From the human T2T-CHM13v2.0 reference genome, Homo sapiens: a stretch of 64,000 nt of DNA. The stretch's first letter is position 1. The number at the start of each line of letters is the position of its first letter. The notes beneath the pieces were generated by a model. It ran no database searches and was not told the origin of the DNA. It was given only the letters and a program-made list of their open reading frames with translations. The position numbers and the translations under genes are program-made. Location of the stretch: the NCBI GenBank assembly GCA_009914755.4, contig CP086569.2:2304001-2368000 (forward strand), in the 5' to 3' direction. Shown here piece after piece: positions 30,724 through 50,749 of this stretch.

Positions 30724-32287
30724 TCATTTTAATTATTTCTGCTTTAAGTTTATTATTTAAATGGTATCTCAAACGAAGAAGGCTGGCCACTCGTTCCCTC
30801 TTCTGTTACCCTATCATTGGAGGTTTTGTTCTTTGCCTTGGTATGTTGAGAGAACCCAGAGGTCTGTGAGTAAAATTCCGGGGTTTTGTCAACTCAGATG
30901 GGACAAAGTCTACATCTCTGGGTTCACTCACTTGTAACTGAAATTCAGCATTGCCTGTGGACATAGGCAACATCCCACAACAATGTTAGTCTTGCCTGTA
31001 GATTTCTCACCAACCATTATCACAAATACTTTCCTATCCCTGTACAGGAGTTGCAGATGAAATATCCTTTATGCTCATGACCACTTCAGCGTTACTGTGC
31101 ATCTTGGACCTGCCTCAAATTATTTTAATCTTATGAATATCTAATGCATTACTGTGTTTCCATTGCACAAAATAAAACAATGACTTAGCAGTTGCCCAGG
31201 CGAGGGGAACCACTTCCAACAGGTGGGACTAATCATTCAGGGTTTTCGAAAGTTCTCTGTGTAGTTGGATTTTAAGCTCCTGAGTTAATCTGATAGAACT
31301 TTCTCATCTGGTTTTAAGAAGTGTGGTTAATGGGGATCTCTTGACTGTAGAATCAGTTTTAAAACACCACATTTACTTCTGACAGTAGGTAAATTTTACC
31401 TTGGGCAGAATTGTATGGCCTTGGTGGTAGTTAGTATAAATTAGTATGAATTAACTTGGGCATATGTGAAAATTACTATAGCATAAATTAATGAAGGCCT
31501 ATGTGAAATTTTGCAATTATTTTCTATATTCACCTAAAATGGCATTGCACTGGAAATATAGTATGCTTCTTTTGTGATTTCTACATATCTCTGTTTTTTT
31601 CTCATATCAGATTCTACTTTACCCCTCAGTGACAGTCATTTTACACCCCTCTCTGTCTCAATGTCCGAGGCACCCTGGGACCATCCTGGCTGGAAGGCAT
31701 AGTGACATTGCTGGCCTGAGCTGAAGTGCCGATTAAAATAAATTGAAAGCTGAATTACCTTATGAACAGCTGCTTTACCCAGGAACAAATGTGGAGAGGA
31801 ACTCCTTGAAACTGTGTTCTCAAGTAGACCACTTTTGAGAAATTATACATTTATCATAACATCTCAAGTCCTGCTCTACATAGAATGACCATTATTATCA
31901 AGAAAAGTTCTCCATTCCCTGTAATTCATAAGGCAATGCAGGCCTAACCAGAAAACAGGAACTGCGACAACCTTGCATCAGACACATTCGATCTCTCTAT
32001 TCATAGTTGCATTCTCTTTTTTTTTGTTTACAAAGCCAATCACCAATAACTCGGAAAACAAAAACAAAAAAAAAAAAAATGAACACATTGTTGAGCTCGC
32101 TTCTGAGAAAGATTCTGCATTGTGAATGTCAGGATTCCACATTTCTGAAGCACCTTTGCTCCTCCAGAAAGCATATCTCTAGTTTCATGGTGATACGAGA
32201 GAGAAATGACAATTGTCTGTATTATCAGGATGGCCCATTGTGCTCTGTGGATCTCAATCAATGTGGACATCAGCCATGATCAAGCTC

Positions 32288-32877
32288 TTTCTTTTCTCTC
32301 TCTCTCCTTCCTTCCTTCCCCCTTCCCCTCCCCTCCCCCTTTCCCTTTCCTTTACCTTGTTTCTTGCTTCCCTTCCCCCTCCCCTTCCCTTCCCTCCTCT
32401 CTCCTCCTCCCTCCCCCCTTCCCCCTCCCCTTCCCTTCCCCCTCCCCTTCCCCTCCCCCTCCCCTTCCCCCTCCCCTTCCCTTCCCTCCTCTCTCCTCCT
32501 CCCTCCCCCCTTCCCCCTCCCCTTCCCTTCCCCCTCCCCTTCCCTTCCCCCTCCCCTTCCCTTCCCCCTCCCCTTCCCTTCCCCCTCCCCTTCCCTTCCC
32601 CCTCCCCTTCCCTTCCCCCTCCCCTTCCTTCCCCTTCCCTTCCCCCTCCCCTTCCCTTCCCTCCCCTCTCCCCTTCCCTTCCCTCCCCTCTCCCCTTCCC
32701 TTCCCTCCCCTCTCCCCTTCCCTCCCCCCTCCCCTTCCCCCTCCCCTTCCCCCTCCCCTTCCTCCTTCCCTCCCCCCTCCCCTTCCCTCCCATTCCTCCT
32801 CTCTCCCCCTCCCCTACCCCCTCCCCTTCCCTCCACTTCTGTCCCCCTTCCCTTTTCTTTTCGCTTCTTTTCTTTTC

Positions 32878-32878
<1 letters not shown>
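32288..32878 (+). repeat. Long polypyrimidine tract of (C/T) only on the + strand. Periodicity changes along it: an 18-bp unit ccccctccccttcccttc and a 24-bp unit ccccttcccttccctcccctctcc. About 420 nt (~32372-32790) have no purine at all.
   Basis: Direct reading. Plus-strand ORFs here translate to PSPSLPPPLPFP-type peptides and minus-strand ORFs to GRGKGEGRE-type peptides, the signature of a translated pyrimidine/purine-strand repeat. Confidence 0.9.
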
Positions 32879-33855
<977 letters not shown>

Positions 33856-34001
33856 TGATTGAACTATGCAGAGTCCCAGCCTCACCTCCCACATCCCTTC
33901 TCTCTCATTTGCCCACCTATTACCCCTACCTTAAAAAAACACCCTGTAGAAATACCCACTAGGGCCAGACGCATTATGTGAGGCTTTTCATTTTTTATTC
34001 T

Positions 34002-34297
34002 TTTTTTTTTTTTTGAGATGGAGTCTCACTGTGTTGCCCAGGCTGGAGCGCAGTGGCATGATCTTGGCTCACTGCAACCTCTGTCCCCCCGGATTCAAGC
34101 AATTCTCCTGCCTCAGTCTCCTGAGTAGCTGGGATTACAGGTGTGCACCACCACGCCTGGCTAATTTTTGTATTTCTAGTAGAGACGGGGTTTCGCCATC
34201 TTGGCCAGGCTGGTCTCAAACTCCTGACCTCAGGTGATCCACCTGGCTCGGCCTCCCAAAGTGCTGGGATTAACAGGCGTGAGCCTCCGCGCCTGGC
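34002..34297 (-). mobile_element. Alu SINE. Second copy of the tandem unit (33994-34500).
   Basis: Poly-T, gagatggagtctcactgtgttgcccaggctggagcgcagtggcatg...gggattaacaggcgtgagcctccgcgcctggcc. The 190-bp flank after it (caaccatgtttctatacaagcgtcccagaccctggagatgacagcagaccagagagtgattgaactatgcagagtccc...) is ~87% identical to 33801-33990. Confidence 0.9.
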
Positions 34298-34741
34298 CAA
34301 CCATGTTTCTATACAAGCGTCCCAGACCCTGGAGATGACAGCAGACCAGAGAGTGATTGAACTATGCAGAGTCCCAGTCCCACCTCCCAAATCCCTTCTC
34401 CTCTCTCCTTTGCCCACCTACTACCCCCCACCTTAAAAAACACCCTGTATCAATACCCGGTAGGGCCAGAGGCATTATTTGAGGCTCTTCATTATTTTCT
34501 GAGACATCAATAGACTACGTGTTGGCAGAATAATTGACTTTGCAATTTACATTGGTGATATAGGAGGGACAGATCCTGCTTCTCGGAAACCTCCATGATT
34601 TGCCCATGTGCCTGCGTCCTCCTTTGCAGGTGCGGTGTTTGGGAAGGAGCAGTGAGCCACAGGGGGATGGGAGCCCAAGGTGTGGCCCTGCAGGGAGGGT
34701 CCAATGGCCCATGAGTGTGGGTGATTCAAGAATGTCAGACT

Positions 34742-35047
34742 GGCTGGGCACGGCGGCTCACTCCTGTAATCTCAGCACTTTGGGAGGCCAAGGCAGGCAG
34801 ATTACCTGAGGTCGGGAGTTGGAGACCATCCTGGCCACGATGGTGAAACCCTGTCTCGACTAAAAATACAAAAATTAGCTAAGTGTAGTAGCAGGTGCCT
34901 GTAATCCTAGCTACTTGGGAGGCTGAGGCAGGGAAGTGCTTGAACCCAGGAGGTGGAGGTTGCAGTGAGCCAAGATCATGCTACTGCACTCCAGCCTGGG
35001 CAACAGGGTGAGACTCCATCTCAAAAAAAAAAAAAAAAAAAAAAAAA
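34742..35047 (+). mobile_element. Alu SINE.
   Basis: ggctgggcacggcggctcactcctgtaatctcagcactttgggaggccaaggcaggcagattacctgaggtcgggagttggagacc...poly-A (27 A). Confidence 0.9.
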
Positions 35048-35049
35048 GA

Positions 35050-35360
35050 GCATCTGTCATTTGCAACAACACGGGTGAATTTGAAGGATATTGTGTTCAG
35101 TGAAATAAGCCAGGCACGGAAAGACAAGTACCACATGATCTCATTCCTATGTAAAAGTCTAGAAACCTTGGTCTCACAGAAGCAGAGAGCACAGTGGTGG
35201 TTACCAGGGGATGGGCATGGGTGGGGCATGGGAAGATGTTGGTCAGAGTATTACAGGCCACTAGACAGGCATGGGCGGGCAGGAGAGGGCTCTTCCACCC
35301 ACCAGCAATGCCAGGTGCTGGTTCAGCGATGATCGCATTGCCTCTCTAAAAAATGATAAA
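35050..35360 (+). mobile_element. L1 3'-end fragment.
   Basis: ctgtcatttgcaacaacacgggtgaatttgaaggatattgtgttcagtgaaataagccaggcacggaaagacaagtaccacatgatctcattcctatg...gtggtggttaccaggggatggg is the L1 3' terminal region. Confidence 0.7.
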
Positions 35361-35365
35361 TTGGC

Positions 35366-35635
35366 GGCTGGGCACGGTGGCCCACGCCTGTCATCCCAGC
35401 ACTTTGGAAGGCCGAGGCAGGTGGATCACGAGGTCAGGAGTTCAAGACCAGCCTGGCCAAGATGGTGAAACCCCATCTTTACTAAAAATACAAAATTAGC
35501 CAGACATGATGGTGCATGCCTGTAATCCCATGCTTGAAACCGGGAGGCGGAGGTTGTTGCAGTGAGCTGAGATCGTGCCACTGCACTCCAGCCTGGGCGA
35601 TAGAGTGAGACTCAGTGTCAAAAAAAAAAAAAAAA
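35366..35635 (+). mobile_element. Alu SINE with a ~30-bp internal deletion.
   Basis: ggctgggcacggtggcccacgcctgtcatcccagcactttggaaggccgagg...cctgtaatcccatgcttgaaaccgggaggcggagg (right-arm segment missing)...poly-A. Confidence 0.85.
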
Positions 35636-36061
35636 TTGGCAGCCTGTGGCAGGGAGAGACCATTTCCTGATGTTCCACACCTGTCACACTCAATTGTTCA
35701 TTGAGTGCAAGTGCCGTGGAAACACAACTTCCTAAGCATGCACATTAGGAGAAAACATGGCGGAATATGACCTTCTGAGGTCACTCCACTGGAAACAGGA
35801 AGAAAGCCTCAGATATGGGCACACTACAACTTCCTAAACCTCATGCTCACCTCCCAAGCATAAGGAGGGCACTGTGCATGCGGGCAGCTCACCCTAGGGG
35901 AAGAATCATGGGAAAGGGATACAAGATGCTAGAAGTGGACCAGCCTATAAGGTCCTGTAAAGTTAAACACCACACTTGTTCTTCAGGGCGCCTGCTTGGG
36001 TCTCTTTCAAGTGTACTTCCGTTCTTTTCTGTTCTGAAGCTTTTAAAATAAACTTCCACTC

Positions 36062-36422
<361 letters not shown>

Positions 36423-36544
36423 TCAAATTCTTTCTTCTGAGGATGCAAGAATTCCAGTGGCTGCAGGCCTGTATGGATTCATCACTGGTAACTCAGATAC
36501 CTTCCACCACATTATAATAAAAGGGCAGAACATTTCAGTTAGAC

Positions 36545-37110
<566 letters not shown>

Positions 37111-37245
37111 CATCATTGTGACTGGCTCAGGCTAAACACATACACTATTTTTATTTCTGCAGTTACTCTTCTATTTCTGTGCTACGTCTTAAAATTATCC
37201 ATTGCAAATGGCATGTAGCTTTGAAAATATAAACTTGCCACCTGA

Positions 37246-37578
<333 letters not shown>

Positions 37579-38149
37579 CCGTCATAGTTTCTAAAACACC
37601 CACGCCACAACAGTAATCTTGACTCAACTTCAGCTCCTCATCCTGTGTCTAAGCCAAGTTTAGCCGAAGAAAACATCTGCCAAGAAAGTAAAAACAAAAA
37701 CATCTGCCAAAGGCAAGAACCCGGTGGGAAGCCCCCTGAGCCCAGTGGCCTGCAGAGTCTGTTCTAGTGACAAAGCAGGCAACTGGAAGAGATCAGGGCT
37801 GCGAGACAGCGTGGGTGGGTTTTTATCTGCTGCTTCTGTAAATTCATTGCATGATACGTCTGTTTTTCAGAGGTCCCAAAGCAAAGAAACAAAGCCCCAC
37901 AGAGTTCACCCAGAGGGAAGGCCTTCATTGGATCAGGCTATAAGAGAAGGACTCTCCCCTGAGAAAGATAAATACTTATTTTGGGGCCGTGTTTAGAGAA
38001 AAAGGAAGAACGATGGCTTTACCATAGAAACATTTACTTATTTTGTGATTTGAAAATGGACTTTTATGTTTTAGGAATTATGTGGACGGGATGTTTTCTT
38101 GGGTGATCGATTTGAAATTGCAGAGGGGAGCAGGTGCCATGTGCTGGCA

Positions 38150-38330
38150 ATGGCCAGCCTTCCTTCCTTCCTTCCTTCCTCCATTCCTCCTACCCCCCGT
38201 TTCTTCCTTCTTTCTCTCTCTTTCTTTCCTTTTCTCTTTCTTTCTTTCTTTTTCTTTCTTTTCTTTCTTTCTTTCTCTCTCTCTCTTTCTCTCTCTCTCT
38301 CTTTCATTTTGTTTGTTTTAATGAGTGAGA
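38150..38330 (+). repeat. (CCTT)n / (CTTT)n / (CT)n polypyrimidine simple repeat.
   Basis: ccttccttccttccttcc...ttctttctttctttttctttc...ctctctctctctctct. Confidence 0.9.
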
Positions 38331-39736
38331 GTAAAGAGAAAGAAAAGAACTGTTTTTATTTTTTGTCTACCTTTATTGTAAGGAGAGAGTGAGGATACCA
38401 TGCCACACATGCAGGGTCCTGAGCAGAGGGCTGCACCCTGCTTAGTTCTAAAGACACCTAGACTTTATCCTGAAAGCCACTGAGAGGCCCATATTTTGAA
38501 ACACTCAGCCTCTCAGAAGAGGATAGAATGGGTTGCCAGTGTAATAGGGAGAGAAATCGAACATAGCTGACTCCATCTTGCTTCTGACTCCTCAAGCTAA
38601 CTGCTTTTAGGCACTTCTGCACACGGGCCAAGTTAATCATGGAAAGAACTTAGATTACAGTTTAACTGGAAAGCAAGGATGATAAGAGTTCCTTTCCAAA
38701 ACTAACCTCTGAGGAGATAAGAAGGGCATGCACACAAGTAACAATGTTATATTGAAGACTTGTAGGAGCGCTGTGACCTGAGCAAGGACAAAGTTTTGCA
38801 ATCTCCTTGGGCCCCTGCTGATGCCCAAGTGTCTGTGGTCACCAGCCACCCCCCTCACCTCAGTCTCCTCCTTGTTCCCCTTCAGTGTACCCCTTCAATG
38901 TACAAAGAAGCTTGAGATTCATGCCTTTAAAGATGGTTCGTTAGGACATGGGTCCAGTATCTTCCTGACTTGCTGGCTCTCCAAATAAAGATGCTTTTCT
39001 TGCTCTAACTTTTTGTCTCGTGAATCATTGGCTGTTATGCAGTGAGCCTCAGGAACTTTGGACTCCACAGCACCAGGACAACTCTCAGGACTCCCAGTCT
39101 CTATTGGGTGCAGGAATCACTGGGGAGTCTGGCTGAAGTGCAGACTCTGATTGAGGAGGCCTGGGACACGAGGCCTGAGATTCTGCATCTCCAGTAAGCA
39201 CCAAGGGGATGTTGATGCTGCTGATCCAGGGACCACACCTTGGAGAGCAATGCTGAGAAGCTGGTGGAAGAGCCCAGGCTCATGAAGATCTGAACATGGT
39301 CCATAGCAGGGAGGTTGGGGAAATGAGATAAAAATGTTAAAAATGGCAGTTACCTTCCTGGAGAAGAAATGGCTTTTCCATTCCTTATTAGGCTCATGTC
39401 TTTGGAACTAGCCCCCACTGGTCTCCTTCCTGTTATATACCTGCAGTTACCATGTTCTTGTTAAGGAAGAATGGCAAATGCAAAAAAAAAAAAAAAAAAA
39501 GAGGAAGTTGATCATGTTTGGTTGCTTTTGGTCATCACAATAAATAAATAAAATCTGAGATTTCCCCCTGACTTTGCAAATGTTTTCTTCCAAGGAGAGC
39601 AACAGACATGTGTCAGCCTTATTGGATTTCTTTGGTTCCCGAACAGCCTGCCATGAGGTATGAAGGACACATGACCTTTTATGTAATTGGTGAGACCCAA
39701 TGTCTTCCAGATGTTGGGTGTCTCATCCCAGTGTGA

Positions 39737-40087
<351 letters not shown>

Positions 40088-40152
40088 TAACCTAGATGTT
40101 GGTTCTTAATTTATCTTGAGTAAAAGTTGTCTTTGCTAATATGAATTTTTAA

Positions 40153-40538
<386 letters not shown>

Positions 40539-40819
40539 CAGAAAAGGTGATTTTAAAGGCAAAGAAGCGAGATGACTTGAGTAACGGTGTTCCCCATGCA
40601 TGGTTATTAACAAATGTTTCCTGACTGCTTACCTGTCAAAAACATTGAACAGGTAGAATGTGTGGTCCCAGGAGGTGACAAACTTCCTATTTTAAATGAA
40701 ATATTTCAAAACAGATTAGACGTCCAAGTCAAAGGGGTGATAAGGAATTTCATGGGAGTTCAATGATCTTTTAAAAAAAAATGATTGTAAGCCTATTAGG
40801 AATTAGCATATAAAGTTTG

Positions 40820-41625
<806 letters not shown>

Positions 41626-42067
41626 TTAGAATGTGTCTCATCTCCCTTGTATCCATTTCCCAGGGCTGCTGTAGCAAGCCATCACACACCAGGTGGCTTA
41701 CAACTGGGATTCATTCTGTCGCAGTTTTGGAAGCAGAAGTCTGAAATCAAGGTGTGGGCAGGGTGGGTTCCTTCTGGAGGCTCTAGTGGTGGATCCGTTC
41801 CTTACCGCAGCCCCGAGCCTATTCCCATGGCCTCAGGGGCTTCCCATACAGTGCATAGGATGGCCTCACCTCAGAAAGTGATCCAGACCCGAATGTCCAC
41901 AGTGCTGAGGCTGAGAAACCCTGTCTTAGCTTCAAACGCACACATACACTCTCTCTCTGTTTTGCTCGCTCGCTCTCTTTCTCTCTGTCTCATATATTGA
42001 TCTAGCTGTCTATCTATTTCTCCGTAGGTATCTACCTATATCCATCTGTCTATCTGTCATCTACTTC

Positions 42068-42366
42068 TTTTTCTTTTTCGTTAGAGACAAGGTCTTGCCC
42101 TTTCGCCCCAGCCAGACTGCCGTGGCGTGATCATAGCTCACTGCAGCATCAAATTCCTGGGCTCAAGCAATCCTCCTACCTCAGCCTCCCAAGTAGTTGT
42201 GACTATAGGGGTGCACCACCATTTCCTGCTAGTTTTTAAATTTTTTGTAGAGATGGGGTCTTGCTATGTTGTCCAGGCTAGTTTCAAATTCCTGGGCTCA
42301 AGCAATTCATTCGCCTTGGCCTCCCAATATGCTGAGATTACAGGTCTGAGCCATAGCACTTGGCCT
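42068..42366 (-). mobile_element. Alu SINE, old (AluJ-like, heavily diverged).
   Basis: gagacaaggtcttgccctttcgccccagccagactgccgtggcgtgatcatagctcactgcagcatcaaattcctgggctcaagcaatcctcctacc...gagattacaggtctgagccatagcacttggcc. Confidence 0.8.
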
Positions 42367-42374
42367 CTCATGTA

Positions 42375-42940
42375 TTTGTATCTCTATCTGTCTCTCTCTC
42401 TCTTTCTCTCTCTCTCTGTCTCTCTCTTATCTATGTATCCATTCATCCATCTATCCATATCTATCTATATATCTATCCATATCTATCTATATGTCTATCT
42501 GCCTATGCATTTATCTATCTATATCATCTATATATCCATTTATCCATCTATATTATCTATCCATATCTATCATCTATATATCTACCTATTCTTTCTATCT
42601 ATATATCTATCCATTCATCCATTTATCCATATCTATCATCTATATATCTATCCATAACTATGTATCTACCTATCTATCCATTCATCTATCTCTATCCATC
42701 TATCTATCTACCTACCTGTCTGCCTATTCATCCATGTATCTACCTCTATCCATCATTTATCCATGAATCTACTTCTTTCTATCAATATATCCATACATGT
42801 ATCTATATCTATTTAGCAATCATCTATCCATGTATCTATTTGGATCTCTATCAATCCATGTATTGATATTTACCTATCTATGCATTAATGTATCTATATC
42901 CATTTATCCATGTATCTCTATGTATCTCTACATTTCATAT
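42375..42940. repeat. (TCTA)n/(TCCA)n/(ATCT)n-type simple repeat mixed with (CT)n, ~560 bp.
   Basis: tctatctgtctctctctc...tatccatctatccatatctatctatatatctatcc... Long plus-strand ORFs here are Ile/Tyr/Leu/Ser-rich repeat translations. Confidence 0.9.
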
Positions 42941-43537
42941 ACATTTGCACTTCTTATATATGCTATGTCTCAAACACGTGCCCACTCACATTTGCATGTG
43001 TGTCTGAATGTATACACACATACACACACATTTAGTGAAGGGGCACCCTGACTTGATTTGTACATATCTCAGTGGTGACAGTCATCAGCAAGAAGCAGCC
43101 CCAGGACCTGGGCTGATTGCACCCTTCTCAGGCCCCAGCCTGAGTCCCAAGCATCACTGCGGAGGCTCACAGAAGAGTCCACCCAGCCAAGGCCACCCCT
43201 GGGACCTCTCCTCACTGGAGGAGCCTCATGCCTTTGGCTTCCATTTCTCTTCAAACGGCATAATGAACACCCACACTCCTGGTGTGCCCTTGGGATATAA
43301 AATTAGAGCCAGATTAAGCATGCTTGCTGGCCCTGTGGTGACCACTACAAATGAGGTGTTTTCCACTTCCCATCATTTCCATGCAGTGGTATTTAAAAAG
43401 GAAATGGTTTCCATTGCAAAACATTTTCTGTGACTTTTGGCTGCAATATTTTGCTGCTTATGCTTTTTTTCTCATATTTTCCTTCCCCTGCATATATTTT
43501 CTTTACATTAAAATTTTTCTTTAAAAATATTCCTTTC

Positions 43538-43840
43538 TTTTTTTTTTTTTTTTTTTTTTGAGACAGTCTCGCTTTGCCACCCAGGCTGGAATACAGTGGC
43601 GCAATCTCAGCTCACTGCAACCTCCGCCTCTGGGTTCAAGTGATTCTTCTGCCTCAGTCTCCTGAGTAGCTGGAATTACAGGCGTGCACCACCATGCCCA
43701 GATAATTTTTGTATTTTTAGTAGAGACAGGGTTTCATCATGTTGGCCAGGCTGGTCTTGAACTCCTGACCTGAAGTGATCTGCCCGCCTCGGCCTCCCAA
43801 ATTGCTGGGATGACAGGCGTGAGCCACCGTGCCCGTCCTT
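43538..43840 (-). mobile_element. Alu SINE sitting between two ~150-bp direct copies of the same flank (43391-43537 and 43850-44000).
   Basis: Poly-T (27), gagacagtctcgctttgccacccaggctggaatacagtggcgc...gggatgacaggcgtgagccaccgtgcccg. The flank taaaaaggaaatggtttccattgcaaaacattttctgtgacttttggctgcaatattttgct.cttatgc...ttttctttacattaaaa occurs on both sides at ~90% identity. Confidence 0.9.
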
Positions 43841-44531
43841 GCCTTGGCATCTAAAAAGGAAATGGTTTCCATCGCAAAACATTTTCTGTGACTTTTGGCT
43901 GCAATATTTTGCTTCTTATGCTCTTTTTTTTCCTCATACTTTTCCTCCCCTGACTACATTTTCTTTAAGTTTTTTCTGTACATTAAAAATATTATTTATA
44001 TGTTAAGTATAAAGAATATTTCAACCACTCTTCTGTAAATTAAACAAAAAAGAAGCTGAATTTTCCAAAAGTGACATGCAGTACAACAGCATCTCCGCAG
44101 GCAGACGAGAAAAAAAGTGATCTCTCCCAACAAAAAAATGCTGACAGTAAGAAATTAAGCCCCATGTTTTTATGTGAAAACTCCCGGTTCAAAACCATAC
44201 AAACATTGAAACCTCATGTGAAGAAAATTGTCCGCCAAATTCATCTCTATATTTTATTTGCTCTTCTTGAGGATAATTTGGAATACAATCAGTCCTCTGC
44301 CAGAATAATGTTTATTACTCCATTTATTCCAAAAAGCATGTTAGGAGGCTTTCAGACAAAATGGCTTTAATTTGACTTTTAAAACAGAACGGCAACATTC
44401 TAGGAATCAGAGCCAGAAGTCAATGCCTTTTATAGTTATCTATTTTCAAGAGTTGAATTTTCCTGGCACAACAGTACTAGAAGATAGAACCCCAGTTGAA
44501 TGGGCTTTTCATTCTTAGTCCTATGACTTTC

Positions 44532-44826
44532 TTTTTTTTTTTTTTTGAGATGGAGTCTTGCTCTGTCACCCAGGCTGGAGTGTAGTGGCATGATCTCGGC
44601 TTACTGCAACCTCCACCTCCCAGGTTCAAGCGGTTCTCATGCCTCAGCCTCCTGAGTAGCTGGGATTACAGGCTCATGCCACCATGCCTAGCTAATTTTT
44701 GTATTTTTAGTAGAGACAGGGTTTCACCATATTGGCCAGGCTGGTCTCGAACTCCTGACCTTGTGATCCACCCGCCTCGGCCTCCCAAAGTGCTGGGATT
44801 ACAGGTGTAAGCCACTGTTCCCGGCC
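44532..44826 (-). mobile_element. Alu SINE.
   Basis: Poly-T, gagatggagtcttgctctgtcacccaggctggagtgtagtggcatg...gggattacaggtgtaagccactgttcccggcc. Confidence 0.9.
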
Positions 44827-44949
44827 CTGTCCTGTGACTTTCAAGGGGGGACAGCCCTTGACATGTAATTTTTGTGCTTAATCTATATCCCTGGACTATA
44901 GTCCTCTTTTCACCCTTCTATGTCCACTTTCTGCCCTGGGAGTTGATTT

Positions 44950-46750
<1,801 letters not shown>

Positions 46751-47222
46751 TCAGTTCCTGTTGTTCTATACCACTGTTTGTGGTCATTTGTTATGCCACT
46801 CCCAGGAATCTCTTTCATACCCTCTAGTCTCCTCTGAGTCCCTCAGGCAGCAGCACACCCCTCCCAACGGCTGCACCACCTGGTTATGAGCCCAGGCTCC
46901 GCATGTCACCCCAGTTCAGCTCTCTGTGGCCGCAAGGCCCAGCACAGAAGCTCCTGACCATGGCCTCCCCATCCCTGAATGGCCCTTCCCACCATTGCCT
47001 GCTTGGACACTGACTGATACGATCCTGCCCTCCCTGTCATCTCGGTGATCCCTTCTCCTTCTCAGGGCTCTGTTCCTTCCTGCCTTTGCTCACACATCCC
47101 CTGTTGTGTGACAGATTTTTTTTTTTTTAATTTCAATTGTTTTGGGGGTAGAAGTGGTTTTTGGTTCCACGGATAAATTCTTTAGTGGTGATTTTTGAGA
47201 TTTTAGTGCACCTGTCACCTGA

Positions 47223-47565
<343 letters not shown>

Positions 47566-47589
47566 CGAATATGTAGCCTTTTATCTTCA

Positions 47590-48853
<1,264 letters not shown>

Positions 48854-49297
48854 TAGCACAGCTTTTTATTACTGTGTGTGCATGGAGCAACAAGACCCTT
48901 CAGCATTGACCTGCAAGCACTCCTTCAGCCCTCAAGTTGGAAGACGTTGCAACATGACCCTATGAAACAATTGCTAGGTATTTCTCCCAGAATCCAGCAC
49001 AGAGCTGACCATTCCATAAATAGTTCTGGATTGGCTGATAAATATTCCTCTGTAATGCTTTGTGTATATTGGAGTTAATGAAGATGTGTTGACTTAAAGC
49101 TATTAAACTTGTGGCAACCAATCAATGTCTGTAGTCTTGTTATCAGAAGTGCACCAGTGTTGGTGACCTGGCTCTGATATTGCACCCCAATCCTAATAGA
49201 AAATGAAGCTGGGCTAAGGGCAAATGAAACTCTAGGTGGGGGTCTTGTGTACTTGCATCTTCCTTAGACTCTTTAATTATCTCAAAAGGAAATTTAA

Positions 49298-49762
<465 letters not shown>

Positions 49763-50114
49763 TGAAGTTGACTTAACATCATTCCCTGTTAAGGAGAGGT
49801 AGTTTTATTACATTGAGTAACAAATCTGTCTGCTTCTTTGAAATCAGGGTTAAGCATTAACTAGAACCCATGATGGGGTTAAAGTGATGGATGCATAAAC
49901 ACACACACATACACAGACATGCATGCACACCTGCACACACATCAATTAAAATTCGGTTCATTGATTTGCCGGTGACGAGAACCTGCAAACAGAATGTGCA
50001 GGTGTCCTGATCTGACCCTGGAAGAGAGAGAAAGGTTCAAAGATGAGCTCTTTTAGTTTCAAGATATGAGTCAACTGCCTTGGATTCATTTCCTTGTTTT
50101 CTTTTTTTTTTTAA

Positions 50115-50338
50115 TATTAGGGATGTCAATGACTCCTCATAAGATGATGAGGAGAGATAGATGGTATAAAGTGTATTATAAATGTGATGGTTCTTACTGC
50201 CTGCTTAAGGTTCTAGTGCAATAGAATATTAGGGATGTCAGTGATTTCCTCATAAGATGATGAAGAGAGAAAGATGGCATAAAGTGTATTATAAATGGTG
50301 GTTCTTACTGCCTGCTTAAGGTTCTAGTGCAATAAAAT
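50115..50338. repeat. Two-copy tandem duplication of a ~112-bp unique unit.
   Basis: tattagggatgtcaatgactcctcataagatgatgaggagagatagatggtataaagtgtattataaatgtgatggttcttactgcctgcttaaggttctagtgcaatagaa is followed directly by tattagggatgtcagtgatttcctcataagatgatgaagagagaaagatggcataaagtgtattataaatggtggttcttactgcctgcttaaggttctagtgcaataaaa. Confidence 0.9.
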
Positions 50339-50749
50339 ATGAGAAATACATGGCTTATAATTCAGGCAGCTATTAATGTGATCCTGTTGGACTTTTGTCT
50401 GCCCATATATGGCCAACCAAGACCGAACAAAGTATATTCCTTAAATGTTGGAAGAATCTGCAAACCACAGACTAGCCAGTTTGGTGTTAATCGCCAGAAG
50501 ATGATTAACCATGGAAATCAAAGCCAGATAAACAGTTTCTGATCATAAACTGAACATGTGTGTGGACCTCCCCTTTCTCCAGCCCCAAAAAGGATTGCAA
50601 AGCCCTTGAGGATGCTTTATCTTGTGTCGCTCAGGGTGCCTAGAAGAGCGTTGAAAACTGGCAAATTCTCCATAATGTGTGTGTTGGCATGGGGAAGTGG
50701 GGACGATGGGAAGCTCATTAGGTACGCAGCCATTAGCTTTTGCAGCAAA

